A stretch of 64,000 nucleotides of DNA from a virus: the IMG/VR virus record IMGVR_UViG_3300023174_000155, positions 6,154-70,153 of that record, one strand, 5' to 3'. A program made the translations under genes and the position numbers. A model generated the notes under the pieces. That model was not told where the DNA came from. It saw nothing but the letters and a program-made list of their open reading frames with translations, and made no database searches. How positions within the stretch are numbered: the first letter of the stretch is position 1; every line of letters begins with the position of its first letter. Below, piece by piece: positions 9,899 to 19,714 of the stretch.

Positions 9899-11123
9899 TT
9901 TGGAATGGATTCTCATAAATCTCTTTGACGATACCTCTATTGATATCCCAATCTAGATATAAACCGAACTCATGACCGTGGCGATTTTTTCTTGACACCA
10001 CCTCAATCATATTTGTTCCTGGATATCTGTGAACAGCCATAGCCATATCAGCATCATACTCAATAGCCTTTGACCAGGCAACCTGACTCATCATAGGAGG
10101 ATTGTCTTGATCAGATATGTCATCAGCAGTTGCTGCAGTAATATCAATGATAGGAATATTATTTGATACTGCAAGTAATTTAAACTCACGAGAAATATTA
10201 CGGTTGCGTTCTACTTCTGAATTGCTTCTCTTGTTGTCATTAAACAACTGATGATAATCAAGAATGACTAGGTCTGGCTTATGCTGATCGATCTTACCTT
10301 GAATTGTTGCTGGTGTTACTTCTGTATTACCTTCATTTGAAACAAGGATGAAACTATTTTTATTTTCAAACTTCTTTGTACTCCATGAACGAAAATCATC
10401 AATATTAATATCGCCCTTAGAAAAATCGCTAGCTTTAAATAAACCAGAACCAAGCATTGTGTAAATACGATCACGCATATTTTCTGGAGACATTTCAAGA
10501 GACACAATCATTGGCTTGAAGCCTTGCTCCCAAGCTTTACATGCTAAATATGATGTGAACCATGTCTTACCACGGCCTGGCCAACCAATCGCTACAATTA
10601 AATGTCCTGGAGCCATTCCTGTTGGATATGCTAAATCAATTGCTTCGAATCCAGTTTTAATTCCTGGAGAGCCACCCATTTCATCAGAGCGTGCTTTGAG
10701 TGCATCCATATGTCTAATTGCTGACTCTGCATCAGTAATATCTAAATCACGAACATTGTTTGTAAACCTACTTAAGTTTGCCAACTGGCTTTGCATTTCT
10801 GCAAGCACTCTTGAAGCAGCATCTTCTTTAAGCATTGATCCGCTTTTAATTAAAATGCTCTTTAGTCTATTTGATAAAAATTCATTCTTTAATTTATCAA
10901 GGTAGTATCCAGTTTCTGCTTTTACTTCTACTGGCTCAAAGTCTTTAAACTTTTCAATTAGTACGCCAGCTTCTGGTACTGCTTTAAACTTATAATAATA
11001 TGACTTAAGCCCTTCCCAGATATCTCTATGGGAAGTAAATAGTTCATCTACGTTGTCTGCTAATAATGTGCTTATGTCTTTATTCTTACATACGGCAGAA
11101 ATTAGTGTTGCTTCTGTATTCAT
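9879..11123 (-). CDS. dnaB: DnaB-like replicative helicase
   Basis: TGF..ID, Walker A GWPGRGKT, SLEM, ILDY..L, IEYDAD, KNRHG. Confidence 0.95.
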   Translation of the reverse strand: MNTEATLISAVCKNKDISTLLADNVDELFTSHRDIWEGLKSYYYKFKAVPEAGVLIEKFKDFEPVEVKAETGYYLDKLKNEFLSNRLKSILIKSGSMLKEDAASRVLAEMQSQLANLSRFTNNVRDLDITDAESAIRHMDALKARSDEMGGSPGIKTGFEAIDLAYPTGMAPGHLIVAIGWPGRGKTWFTSYLACKAWEQGFKPMIVSLEMSPENMRDRIYTMLGSGLFKASDFSKGDINIDDFRSWSTKKFENKNSFILVSNEGNTEVTPATIQGKIDQHKPDLVILDYHQLFNDNKRSNSEVERNRNISREFKLLAVSNNIPIIDITAATADDISDQDNPPMMSQVAWSKAIEYDADMAMAVHRYPGTNMIEVVSRKNRHGHEFGLYLDWDINRGIVKEIYENPFQNDSQKN

Positions 11124-11443
11124 TCTATTCCGCCATTCTCAACCATCTTCTTCGTTTCTTCTAATAACAAACGACGTCTTTCTTTATCTTTTTGAGCTTC
11201 AATCTCTACAATATCCATTCTATCAAAGTTATAGAAAAAAAATTGCATTGGGTGCCCGCCCTTTGGCAATGAAAAATAATATACTAAAAGTTCCTTTGCA
11301 CGATCAAATCCTACACTATCTATTACATCTTGCATAGCCCACTTCTCACGAAATTTATTTATTTGTGGTGTGCGACCATATTTTTCTTTATATAAAGATT
11401 GATATAGGCTGATCAAAACGTAGGGTTCTTTTTTATTTTCCAC
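11120..11443 (-). CDS. hypothetical protein (possible helicase partner)
   Basis: 107 aa ORF overlapping dnaB start. Confidence 0.6.
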   Translation of the reverse strand: MENKKEPYVLISLYQSLYKEKYGRTPQINKFREKWAMQDVIDSVGFDRAKELLVYYFSLPKGGHPMQFFFYNFDRMDIVEIEAQKDKERRRLLLEETKKMVENGGIE

Positions 11444-11636
11444 GCTTTAATTCTTCCTCCACCTCACGAGTTTTTTCAATAAGCTTATCTTCTACAAACT
11501 TATATACTCTTTCAGTGGCAGACTCAACATTTTCGCCAAGGCGCAAATCATCCTCTACTCCTATGCCTATCTTAATACTTTCATAGTTACCTAGGTTCCT
11601 TGTAAAGGATAGGTCTACTTTTACTTTTGTTGTCAT
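11433..11636 (-). CDS. hypothetical protein
   Basis: probable start MTTKV at 11636 (TAATG overlap); T.NLGNYES motif typical of small phage proteins. Confidence 0.65.
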   Translation of the reverse strand: MTTKVKVDLSFTRNLGNYESIKIGIGVEDDLRLGENVESATERVYKFVEDKLIEKTREVEEELKRGK

Positions 11637-12118
11637 TACTCCGCCTTCCATACAGGTACAAACTTTCCATCTTCTGTCTTAGTATACAATATAGTATTGT
11701 GTTTGAGAATAGCCAACAATTCAGTTTTTGAAGGCAATTTTGAAGAGTGCCCATCATCTAAAATAAATTGATGTAATTCTAATATGTCTTTTTGATTAAA
11801 CATATATTTAGACCATTTGCTATCTGGATTTCCAATCGGATAAACTCTATGAGGCACCCTGATCTTTCCTTCAAGTATGTAGTCTTCAATAGTTACTTTG
11901 TGCTTTCCTAGTATTTCCCCGACCTGAGCCGTTGTAAAAGCATTCTCCATGTATTTAATTACTTGAGAATAAGAATACATAACACGTTTTTTATCTGGAT
12001 AGCACCATGCAACAAGTTCATCCCTAGATCTTGATGACTTTAATACTTTATGTATCTTGTCATTTAAGAAGAAATAGAGAAACTTTTTCGGTGTTGGAGT
12101 TCTCTGTTGTCTAGCCAT
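11636..12118 (-). CDS. helix-turn-helix DNA-binding protein (MerR/excisionase-like)
   Basis: FTTAQVGEILGKHKVTIEDYILEGKI HTH signature. Confidence 0.75.
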   Translation of the reverse strand: MARQQRTPTPKKFLYFFLNDKIHKVLKSSRSRDELVAWCYPDKKRVMYSYSQVIKYMENAFTTAQVGEILGKHKVTIEDYILEGKIRVPHRVYPIGNPDSKWSKYMFNQKDILELHQFILDDGHSSKLPSKTELLAILKHNTILYTKTEDGKFVPVWKAE

Positions 12119-12249
12119 TTTGCAAGCGCATTCGTTTCCTTATTAATCATCCATCTTTTTCCACACATAACGCAGAATAGCTCCATATGTAGTTTCTGTG
12201 AGAATACTCTATCAATGAATACTCTGCCGTCACACTTCTTACATCTCAT
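12064..12249 (-). CDS. small zinc-ribbon protein
   Basis: CKKC...CVMCG. Confidence 0.7.
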   Translation of the reverse strand: MRCKKCDGRVFIDRVFSQKLHMELFCVMCGKRWMINKETNALAKWLDNRELQHRKSFSISS

Positions 12250-13052
12250 TATAGACTAAACAACTTTCCATCAACTATGCATGTATAATTTGGAGATACA
12301 TGAATCATTTGAACGTGTGGATACTCTCCGTTTTCAATGTGTGCAATAGCAAAACCTTTTTGCCAGTCATGATGTTGAGTATATTTCATTCCTGGTCCCT
12401 TTTCATCACACATGTGACCAATCTCATATCCACGTAAAGTCTCACCTTCTCCATTATTTCTAAGTTCATATGTTACCATATGTGAAGCAATTCTGTGTGA
12501 GTGCCCTCTAATTAGTGAAACCTGCATGTCTTCCATATCTTTTCTTACAGACCCTGTTGCTGAAATTGAAAGTCCGTGGTGAACGTGGATATCTCCAAAT
12601 CGTTTCTCTGGCAATTCGTTATAGTAGATATAATCGTAGCCTAATGAATCTAAAGACCATAATGATTCTGGTGTAACATCATTTAAATAGTCTGGAAGCT
12701 TTGCATCGACATAATTAAAAATTCTAACATCGTGATTTCCAAGTGCTGAAAATAATTGTGCGTCTGGCAGCATCTCTCTTGTCTTGGCATAAAAATCTCT
12801 AGCGCCTTTTGCCTCATGCCTCATCATTGGAACAATCAAGTCGCGGCTATCATCTTTATGCAATTGCATAAACTCAGCAGAACGTCCCTCTGTATACTTA
12901 CTGTAACAAGCTTGATCGTCTGTATCTCCAAGGTAGTCTACTACATCTGGTTTAAACCACTTCATTACTTTAAACCAAAGAGCAATCATCTTATCGTCTT
13001 GGTACGGGAATTGCTGATCGGATGATAGCATCCACTTTAAATCGTTTGACAT
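12249..13052 (-). CDS. calcineurin-like metallophosphoesterase
   Basis: SDQQ, GDTDD, GNHD, HHG, GHSH motifs. Confidence 0.85.
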   Translation of the reverse strand: MSNDLKWMLSSDQQFPYQDDKMIALWFKVMKWFKPDVVDYLGDTDDQACYSKYTEGRSAEFMQLHKDDSRDLIVPMMRHEAKGARDFYAKTREMLPDAQLFSALGNHDVRIFNYVDAKLPDYLNDVTPESLWSLDSLGYDYIYYNELPEKRFGDIHVHHGLSISATGSVRKDMEDMQVSLIRGHSHRIASHMVTYELRNNGEGETLRGYEIGHMCDEKGPGMKYTQHHDWQKGFAIAHIENGEYPHVQMIHVSPNYTCIVDGKLFSL

Positions 13053-13070
13053 TAAATTACCTTAATAATT

Positions 13071-13094
13071 AAAAAAGCCACGAATACGTGACTT
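13071..13094 (-). terminator. intrinsic terminator
   Basis: AAGUCACG-UAUU-CGUGGCUU stem (one G-U) followed by a U run on the minus strand. Confidence 0.7.
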
Positions 13095-13096
13095 AG

Positions 13097-13135
13097 ATGT
13101 TACAGTAATTGTAACATATGATTACTGATTGTCAA
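13097..13135 (-). promoter_or_regulatory. promoter TTGACA-16-TACAAT with overlapping 8-bp inverted repeat
   Basis: -35 at 13130-13135, TG-extended -10 at 13108-13113; ATGTTACA-N5-TGTAACAT at 13097-13117. Confidence 0.75.
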
Positions 13136-13138
13136 TCC

Positions 13139-13564
13139 TTAAGACTGAACCATTTGTACTGCAATAAATGTTACATTGAATGTGCTTTTAGAAGAGTTAA
13201 CATTTGATACCCATAGCTTTGGTGAAGCTGTAGCAGCACCAGCAACTGAAAGAGTTACTGAGTCTCCAGTTCCAAGTCCGCCAGACAAAGAAACAACAAT
13301 GCGTGGTGGATTAGAAGAAACATTGCTAAAGCCAGTACCTAGATCTAAATCAAAAGACTTTGTGGTTCCTTTTGAAACACCAGTACATTCTATAGTTCCA
13401 GCATTTGTAATTGCCTTAAATGAAGATGTTTGTCCATCTAGCGTTGAGTTAAATAAATTATTAGCAGTAGCATAAGTATTTACAATGTTTTCCTGCAGCT
13501 TATTTAATTTATTTGGATCTAGAGGTTCACCCTCATTAAATGTAATTGTCTCAAACGTTGGCAT
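13139..13564 (-). CDS. small tail fibre/tip accessory protein
   Basis: F.EGEPLD..KLN.L N-terminus; H-lectin-like beta C-terminus; end of tail operon. Confidence 0.55.
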   Translation of the reverse strand: MPTFETITFNEGEPLDPNKLNKLQENIVNTYATANNLFNSTLDGQTSSFKAITNAGTIECTGVSKGTTKSFDLDLGTGFSNVSSNPPRIVVSLSGGLGTGDSVTLSVAGAATASPKLWVSNVNSSKSTFNVTFIAVQMVQS

Positions 13565-13953
13565 TATAGATCTTCTCCTAATTCATGCATACTTGTTTCA
13601 AAGGCACTTACTTCTACTACCTGTGATCTATCCAAACCATATTTATTAAATGTATCTGGATCAACAATATGTCTTTTCTTATTTTGTGATATTAAATATA
13701 GTTTACCATCTGCTATGTTTTTTATCAAGGTGCCGTCTCTGAATCCCAACTTACCTGCTAGCTTCATTCCAGCCAAAGCAGACTCTGTTGCTTCTACGGT
13801 AGTAAACAGCCAAGACTTTGCAGCCCTGTCTGATATAAGCTTAAACCTCTTGCCGTCTTTAATCCAGTAAATTCCTTTATCGGTTTTTACTGCAATACCT
13901 GACGGAAAAATGGTGGGGCTAGTTACTATCTTCTGTGGCTTCTTCTTGAACAT
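13564..13953 (-). CDS. hypothetical protein with two internal repeats (start corrected to MFKKK)
   Basis: two G..vK...G..Y.I...K...I.D repeats. Confidence 0.6.
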   Translation of the reverse strand: MFKKKPQKIVTSPTIFPSGIAVKTDKGIYWIKDGKRFKLISDRAAKSWLFTTVEATESALAGMKLAGKLGFRDGTLIKNIADGKLYLISQNKKRHIVDPDTFNKYGLDRSQVVEVSAFETSMHELGEDL

Positions 13954-14074
13954 CTTTTTCCATAAGCTGAGTAAGCTCTGCCCGTAGTATTGCAATCTGA
14001 GTTTCATAATTTGCTACAATCTCTCCAATGCGTTGCTGAAGGGCGGTGATAATTAATTCTGCCTTTGTTGACAT
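13919..14074 (-). CDS. small coiled-coil protein (51 aa; not in ORF track)
   Basis: MSTKAELIITALQQRIGEIVANYETQIAILRAELTQLMEKDVQEEATEDSN. Confidence 0.7.
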   Translation of the reverse strand: MSTKAELIITALQQRIGEIVANYETQIAILRAELTQLMEKDVQEEATEDSN

Positions 14075-14107
14075 TATTATTCCAATCTATTAGTACTAAG
14101 GATAACA

Positions 14108-16381
14108 TTATCCTTCTAGGGCGTCAAGTCTTGCTGATAATTGTTGAATGGCTTTAATCATGGCAAGCGGAAGTCTGTCATATTTAACTGAGTATACTTC
14201 CTCGTCTTTATATGTTATTAAAACATCTGCTCCAGGAATTTCATCAACTTCTTCTGCAATCAAACCATATACCTTAACTTCTGGATCCTCTACAATATCT
14301 GGCTTATAATTAAATTTAACTGGCCTTAAAGAATTAATAATATTTAAATAATCAACATTTTCAATATCTTCTATATTTTCTTTAAACTGTCTTGATGAAA
14401 CAGATGTTACCTTATAAAGTCTTCCAACAACTGAAGTTCCACCGACTCCTATTAATGCAATGTTATCATTTGAGGTGCTATAAGAACCCTTTGTGCCAAC
14501 TGTGCTTACAGTTAAAACTCCCTGAGATGCAATATTTCCACTAGCATCAATGATATCTCCTGCACCAGTTTTAATTGATGCAGATGACATTTCTATAGAA
14601 CCGCCAGATCCAAGATACACAGTTCCTCCACGCATTCTTAAATCAGATCCATAAGTTAAATCAATTGCATTTGATCCAGCAGATTGTTTAAAAATAACGC
14701 TATTCATTGCCATGTTTCCATTAGATGAATTTAAATAGTAGTCTCCAGAGATATTATCAATATTGCTTAAATAAGTTGAGCCTAAATACCATCCACCAAT
14801 TCTGCCAGCTGTAGACGTAACTGTTCCAGTAAAAGAACCAGATGTTGCTGTAATTGCTCCAGTTATATTTGCATTTGTTGCATATAGACTTCCGTCGTCA
14901 TAAACTTTAAATTGTCCTGAAGATCCAGCTTGTATTCTTAAAGTTGCATCTCCAGTTTTTCCAGCAGAATATAAAAAAACATTTCCGCTAGGTGAAGATA
15001 TTGAGTCTGTATTTATTGTCCACCCAGAAATTGTGCTTGACGCTAATCCAAGAGTAAATTTACCAGATGCGGTTGATCCTCCGTTTGAGCTATGATATAC
15101 GCCAAGTGTGGGACTAATAATAACTGCGTTAGTAGTAGACGATCCAGCTCTAATTATTCCACTGCTATCTAATTTAAATGTGCCGCCAGAATTTTGTATA
15201 CCATCTGCTGCAATTGTAATGCCACCAATACTTCCGCCAGATGCAGTTATTGTTCCACTAAATGATCCTGTTGCGGCAGATAGGGCTCCTGCAAAAGTTC
15301 CTGTTGCTGCAGATAAGGCTCCGCTAAATGTACCATCTCCAACAACTGTAAGCTTGTCTCCATTATAACTAAGAACTGGATTTGCAACTCCGCCAGTACC
15401 ATAAATAATAAATGGATCGCCAGTTCCAGATAACTTAATATGTTTTCCAGATGTGCTTCCAACTGTTATTGTTGAGCCAGAAGACAAAGTTCCTGTAGCA
15501 ATTTTATCTGCATTTATTGTAACTATATCTCCGCTGGTTACCTGACCAATTCTTACTGGATTTCCGCTTGCCGAAACTGCTGTTGATGTATCAGTACCAT
15601 TTGTGGTTGCAATTTTTACATAATAATCTACTCCATATGTTAAAGCAGTTCCATTTACAACCGTCCCAACACCAATATTTAAAGTATTTTGTCCGTTAGC
15701 AAAATTTAATACATCTACTTGATTAGATGATGATGGAGTAAATCCAGCAGAAGTGCCAACATAAACTTTTGCAGCATTAAAGCCAAATGGCTGATCTGCT
15801 CCAGTTGAAGTTTTACCGTTCCATGACAACTGAATTGCTCCAAGAACAGAGGAGACTGTTGGAGTAGATGGAGTTACTGAGGATTCGGCAGCTGGTGCTG
15901 CAGAAGTTACAGTAACAGTTCTTGCTGTACTATATAAAGACTCTGATCCATTTACTGTTAATATTTTTAATTGAACTATGTATGTTCCAGCAACTGCTGC
16001 AAATGTTTGTGTGCCAGCCTGTTTAAAAAATCCAGCAGGCTTTGTGCCATCTCCAAATGTTGTTCCAGATATATGAACATTTACTCTATCAAAATTAGAT
16101 GCATTGGCAGATAAAGCATTTTTTCCATCCCATGTTACTTTGATAAATCCTGCTCCACCAACAACATCTCCAACTGCTAAATTAGGTTCTGATGGAATTG
16201 TTGCATATTCACTGACAAATGTTTTTACTGAGCTCCATGCACCCAATGTACCATTTTTATTTTTCCATCTAAATTGAAGTGGATATGCAGTGCCTAAATC
16301 TAAATCTGTAATAGTAACTAAAAAATAATTACCATCATCTTTAGACTCTGATGTATCTTTTAATAGGTCTTCATATGCCAT
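14108..16381 (-). CDS. tail fibre/spike with FN3 domains and C-terminal intramolecular chaperone (peptidase S74)
   Basis: FN3-like N-terminus, beta-helix-type GG..I repeats, SSRQFKENI...L.PV.F.YK...GLIAEEV...coiled-coil end. Confidence 0.85.
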   Translation of the reverse strand: MAYEDLLKDTSESKDDGNYFLVTITDLDLGTAYPLQFRWKNKNGTLGAWSSVKTFVSEYATIPSEPNLAVGDVVGGAGFIKVTWDGKNALSANASNFDRVNVHISGTTFGDGTKPAGFFKQAGTQTFAAVAGTYIVQLKILTVNGSESLYSTARTVTVTSAAPAAESSVTPSTPTVSSVLGAIQLSWNGKTSTGADQPFGFNAAKVYVGTSAGFTPSSSNQVDVLNFANGQNTLNIGVGTVVNGTALTYGVDYYVKIATTNGTDTSTAVSASGNPVRIGQVTSGDIVTINADKIATGTLSSGSTITVGSTSGKHIKLSGTGDPFIIYGTGGVANPVLSYNGDKLTVVGDGTFSGALSAATGTFAGALSAATGSFSGTITASGGSIGGITIAADGIQNSGGTFKLDSSGIIRAGSSTTNAVIISPTLGVYHSSNGGSTASGKFTLGLASSTISGWTINTDSISSPSGNVFLYSAGKTGDATLRIQAGSSGQFKVYDDGSLYATNANITGAITATSGSFTGTVTSTAGRIGGWYLGSTYLSNIDNISGDYYLNSSNGNMAMNSVIFKQSAGSNAIDLTYGSDLRMRGGTVYLGSGGSIEMSSASIKTGAGDIIDASGNIASQGVLTVSTVGTKGSYSTSNDNIALIGVGGTSVVGRLYKVTSVSSRQFKENIEDIENVDYLNIINSLRPVKFNYKPDIVEDPEVKVYGLIAEEVDEIPGADVLITYKDEEVYSVKYDRLPLAMIKAIQQLSARLDALEG

Positions 16382-16382
16382 A

Positions 16383-17537
16383 TTAGAAATCCAAATCTAA
16401 AATGTATTCTACGTCTATTGGTCTTCCCTTTATTTTTGTTAATGGAGTAGCCAATGTTGATCTGCTAATAATTCCAAATGTTGGGTCAAACGTATCTTCA
16501 TCATTTATTCTTAATCCGTCCGCTCCAATTGATGTTACATTTCCAGATGTTGGTGTAATTATAATACCAATTTTATTAATATTTGTTTTATCTGGTGAAT
16601 TAACTGCTCCTGCAAATACCGTACTCATTAAAATATCTGGAACAATTTTATATCCAAGTCCTGTTTGTGGAGTAATTGTAATTTCATAATATTTTGTAGC
16701 TTCGCTATAAAATCTAATCTTAATGCTCTGAACATCTGCTTCTGGTTTATCATATGCAAATGTAATTGAATCATTAACACTATATCCTGAAAAATCAATT
16801 GGGTTAATATTTTGTGTATACTCCATAGCAGAAGTACCATTAGATTCTAAAACAATTACATTGTCTCCAATTTTTTGTCCAGTTGTTGAAACTGGTGGAT
16901 GATCCCCATTTGCATCAGTCCAATCAAATGCATCATTAAAATCTGCAAGGTACTTGCTATCAAAGTTGTTTACTGAACTTCTTGCCGATGGATATAAACC
17001 AATTTCTGAAATAATACCAGAAACATCCTGTGGAATTGTTGTTTTATATACAACTGAATATGTTGTTGTTGCACCAGATGTTTGAATATCTGTACTTGCC
17101 AATTGAATAGGAAGTCTATAAAATTCAAATCCTAATCTTGTATCTCCATCTGTAGCTTTTTTAAATGCCCGTCCCGATGTTGATCCAGAAACTGCAGTTC
17201 CAGTTGCTGCATTTGTTACCGTAAATTGAGTTGTAGTAGCAGAAGCAACTGTTACATTTGTTAAATTAAATGCAGACGTTGAAAGACCATAAATGCTTAC
17301 AGTATTTCCAGCAGTAAAATAATTATTTGCTGTATATGTAACTGTGCCTGCTGCTGCAGAGGCTGCAGTTACAAGTGCTTCCTTGCGGTCTACGCCAAAA
17401 GCTAAATCTTTATTAGCATTAGCAATGTTGCCTGCAATAAAATTAGTTAAAAATCTTTTGCCAAACTTGGTCACAACATTGGATGAACGGCATATTTCTT
17501 TGCCATCCTGATAGAATATATAGGTTCCTTTAATCAT
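16383..17537 (-). CDS. minor tail protein
   Basis: N.VT..GK, EIGLY motifs; internal Thr/Ala-rich beta insert; position in tail-tip cluster. Confidence 0.7.
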   Translation of the reverse strand: MIKGTYIFYQDGKEICRSSNVVTKFGKRFLTNFIAGNIANANKDLAFGVDRKEALVTAASAAAGTVTYTANNYFTAGNTVSIYGLSTSAFNLTNVTVASATTTQFTVTNAATGTAVSGSTSGRAFKKATDGDTRLGFEFYRLPIQLASTDIQTSGATTTYSVVYKTTIPQDVSGIISEIGLYPSARSSVNNFDSKYLADFNDAFDWTDANGDHPPVSTTGQKIGDNVIVLESNGTSAMEYTQNINPIDFSGYSVNDSITFAYDKPEADVQSIKIRFYSEATKYYEITITPQTGLGYKIVPDILMSTVFAGAVNSPDKTNINKIGIIITPTSGNVTSIGADGLRINDEDTFDPTFGIISRSTLATPLTKIKGRPIDVEYILDLDF

Positions 17538-17959
17538 AGCTTTTCGGAAGGATTATAAATCCTTGCGTCTACCCCCTCAATGTTTGCTTTGTCTTTACTT
17601 GTATTTGTTACCTTAATAACAAGTTTTGCTTTTTCTACTTTAGTTACTGGATCATAATATTTTGTTGAACTAACTAATTCAATATCTGTTAAATTAGGAA
17701 CATCTGGTAATTCAATAGGTACAATTTGTGTTTTATTGCCTGTCGCATCATTTATTGTTCCAGTTGGTGTTGATGCAAAAGCGCTTGCAAATGGAGATCC
17801 TGGACTAAATTTAGTATACTGTATCTTACCGCCATCTTTAACTAAAAATTGTGATGGGTCATAAAAAGATATAAATTCATCATTTGTAGTTACAACAATT
17901 GGTGCTCCACGAACAATGGCCGCTTTGGAAACTCTAGACAAATTATCTTTTTTGCTCAT
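17534..17959 (-). CDS. putative minor tail protein
   Basis: position; leaderless promoter TGGTATAAT 6 nt upstream. Confidence 0.55.
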   Translation of the reverse strand: MSKKDNLSRVSKAAIVRGAPIVVTTNDEFISFYDPSQFLVKDGGKIQYTKFSPGSPFASAFASTPTGTINDATGNKTQIVPIELPDVPNLTDIELVSSTKYYDPVTKVEKAKLVIKVTNTSKDKANIEGVDARIYNPSEKL

Positions 17960-17983
17960 TTTTTTATTATACCATTTGGTCGA

Positions 17984-19714
17984 CTATAAAGTTCGGCAAG
18001 TGATAGAGGTCTCCAATCCTGCATTATATCTATGCGTAACTCTAGTTACAATTAATTTTTCTGTTCCAGCAAAACCCTGATACAAATATTTTATAGTGAT
18101 TAAATCTCCTACTGATATAAAAGGATTTCCAAACACATCCATAGATACCACCTTGCCTCTATTTACAACAGTATTTTTAATCCAGTCCGCTAATGACTCA
18201 ACATCAGTTAAATTTTGAAGCCACATTGATTGAAATTGAATTGGTTCTTTAGATGTATAATCAGATACTTCTTCTGTTGTATATTCTAGATCTCCAGACA
18301 TTCCTAGCGTATTTCCAAAAATATAAAAGTATGAACTTTCATTATCTGATAAGGGGATTGTTGTAGAGGTATTATTTAATAGGTATGCTTCTGCTGAAAA
18401 ATTAGATATTTTTGATGCCAATATTTTAGCGTATGGGTTTCCGCCAGTTGTCCACTTTACTGGGAATGTTGGTCTACTGTCAAACTTAACTTTAGCCGTT
18501 GTAATTTCTCTAACAACCGTTCCAAATTCATCAACCATAGTTTTCTTTTTATCATACTCATCGCCTTCAAGTGAGGCGTTGTATAGAGTTTCTCCAAATG
18601 CTACATCTACGACATCATTAGAAAATTGTCCTTCGTAAAAATTAATTTTATAAGCAGCATCATTATATCTTGCTGTATCTATATCTGTTCCATAAACATA
18701 ATCAAATGCTGCTGTTCCTCTTGTAGCCATTAGAGCAACACGTTTTGTTGGATGAATAATTTCATCTAATCCCGTACCAGTAGTGCTATCTGTTGCCATT
18801 ATTTTAAAACCATTAACATATGCAATTATTTCTACATTTAAATTCTTTACTTTAACCTTAACATCAATTGAATATGAGGTTGCTCCATATACTCCGCCAA
18901 ATGTGCTAGTTGTGCTTTTTTGAGAATCTGCTAAAACTTTTATTTTTGTGCCATTAGTTTTAATTATTCTAATTGATTTTCTATCCTGTGAAGCAGATAA
19001 GCTGGTTGATTCTACTACAACAAAATAGCCAGAGGTTGCTTCCTGATTAACAAAAAATCCTAGACCTGCACCTGGAGTTGAGTCTTTAATTGATTCCATA
19101 AATACAGTTGTTCCAAAAGAAAAATAAGACTCTGCATTATTTTTCATGGCTTGATCTACAGAATAAGTTCCAGTCAAAAATGTTTTTGTTTGTGTTGGAA
19201 GAGTAATTGCTTCAAATTCTCTACTTGATACGGCAAACTGATCTTTTACTTTTGTATTATTTGTTATTGTTAAGTATGACTTGCCCTGACCAATATTTTT
19301 AGGGTCCAGTGTTGTTCCTATAACCTTACCATTAAATGTGCTAGATGCCAATTCAATTTGTGTAGATAAAAGATTGCCATAAGTTGTATTTCTTTTTGCT
19401 TGAACTGTAAACAAATACCTTCTTTCAGCAGTTAGTCCACCCAATGTAAATAACAATTCGTCTGAACTGTTTGCAATTGCTTGTGTGGATATTATTGGTG
19501 CACCGTCATTTGATCCATTATCTAGCAATTTTTGTGCAGTTATTTCAACGCTTGTTGGCTGAACGCTTGTTTCAAGTTTTGAAAATGATATTTCTACTTC
19601 TGTAGAGCCCGTTTGATTTACAACTAGACTTGATATTAGTAAAGACGTTGATGAGCCAACAGGTAAACTTGAGGTTTCTTTATATTGATAATCTACATCA
19701 TATGCGCCTGGCAT
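17984..19714 (-). CDS. minor tail protein (FN3 + lectin-like + tail-tip C-terminus)
   Basis: LTAERRYLFTVQA FN3 motif; C-terminal FGNP.I.VGD.I.I.Y motif of tail-tip proteins. Confidence 0.7.
   Translation of the reverse strand: MPGAYDVDYQYKETSSLPVGSSTSLLISSLVVNQTGSTEVEISFSKLETSVQPTSVEITAQKLLDNGSNDGAPIISTQAIANSSDELLFTLGGLTAERRYLFTVQAKRNTTYGNLLSTQIELASSTFNGKVIGTTLDPKNIGQGKSYLTITNNTKVKDQFAVSSREFEAITLPTQTKTFLTGTYSVDQAMKNNAESYFSFGTTVFMESIKDSTPGAGLGFFVNQEATSGYFVVVESTSLSASQDRKSIRIIKTNGTKIKVLADSQKSTTSTFGGVYGATSYSIDVKVKVKNLNVEIIAYVNGFKIMATDSTTGTGLDEIIHPTKRVALMATRGTAAFDYVYGTDIDTARYNDAAYKINFYEGQFSNDVVDVAFGETLYNASLEGDEYDKKKTMVDEFGTVVREITTAKVKFDSRPTFPVKWTTGGNPYAKILASKISNFSAEAYLLNNTSTTIPLSDNESSYFYIFGNTLGMSGDLEYTTEEVSDYTSKEPIQFQSMWLQNLTDVESLADWIKNTVVNRGKVVSMDVFGNPFISVGDLITIKYLYQGFAGTEKLIVTRVTHRYNAGLETSITCRTL

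Noticed and set aside
2319-11123. Inteins or introns in recA, dnaE, dnaB
   Set aside because: Lengths are normal, motifs contiguous, no intein terminal signatures noticed.
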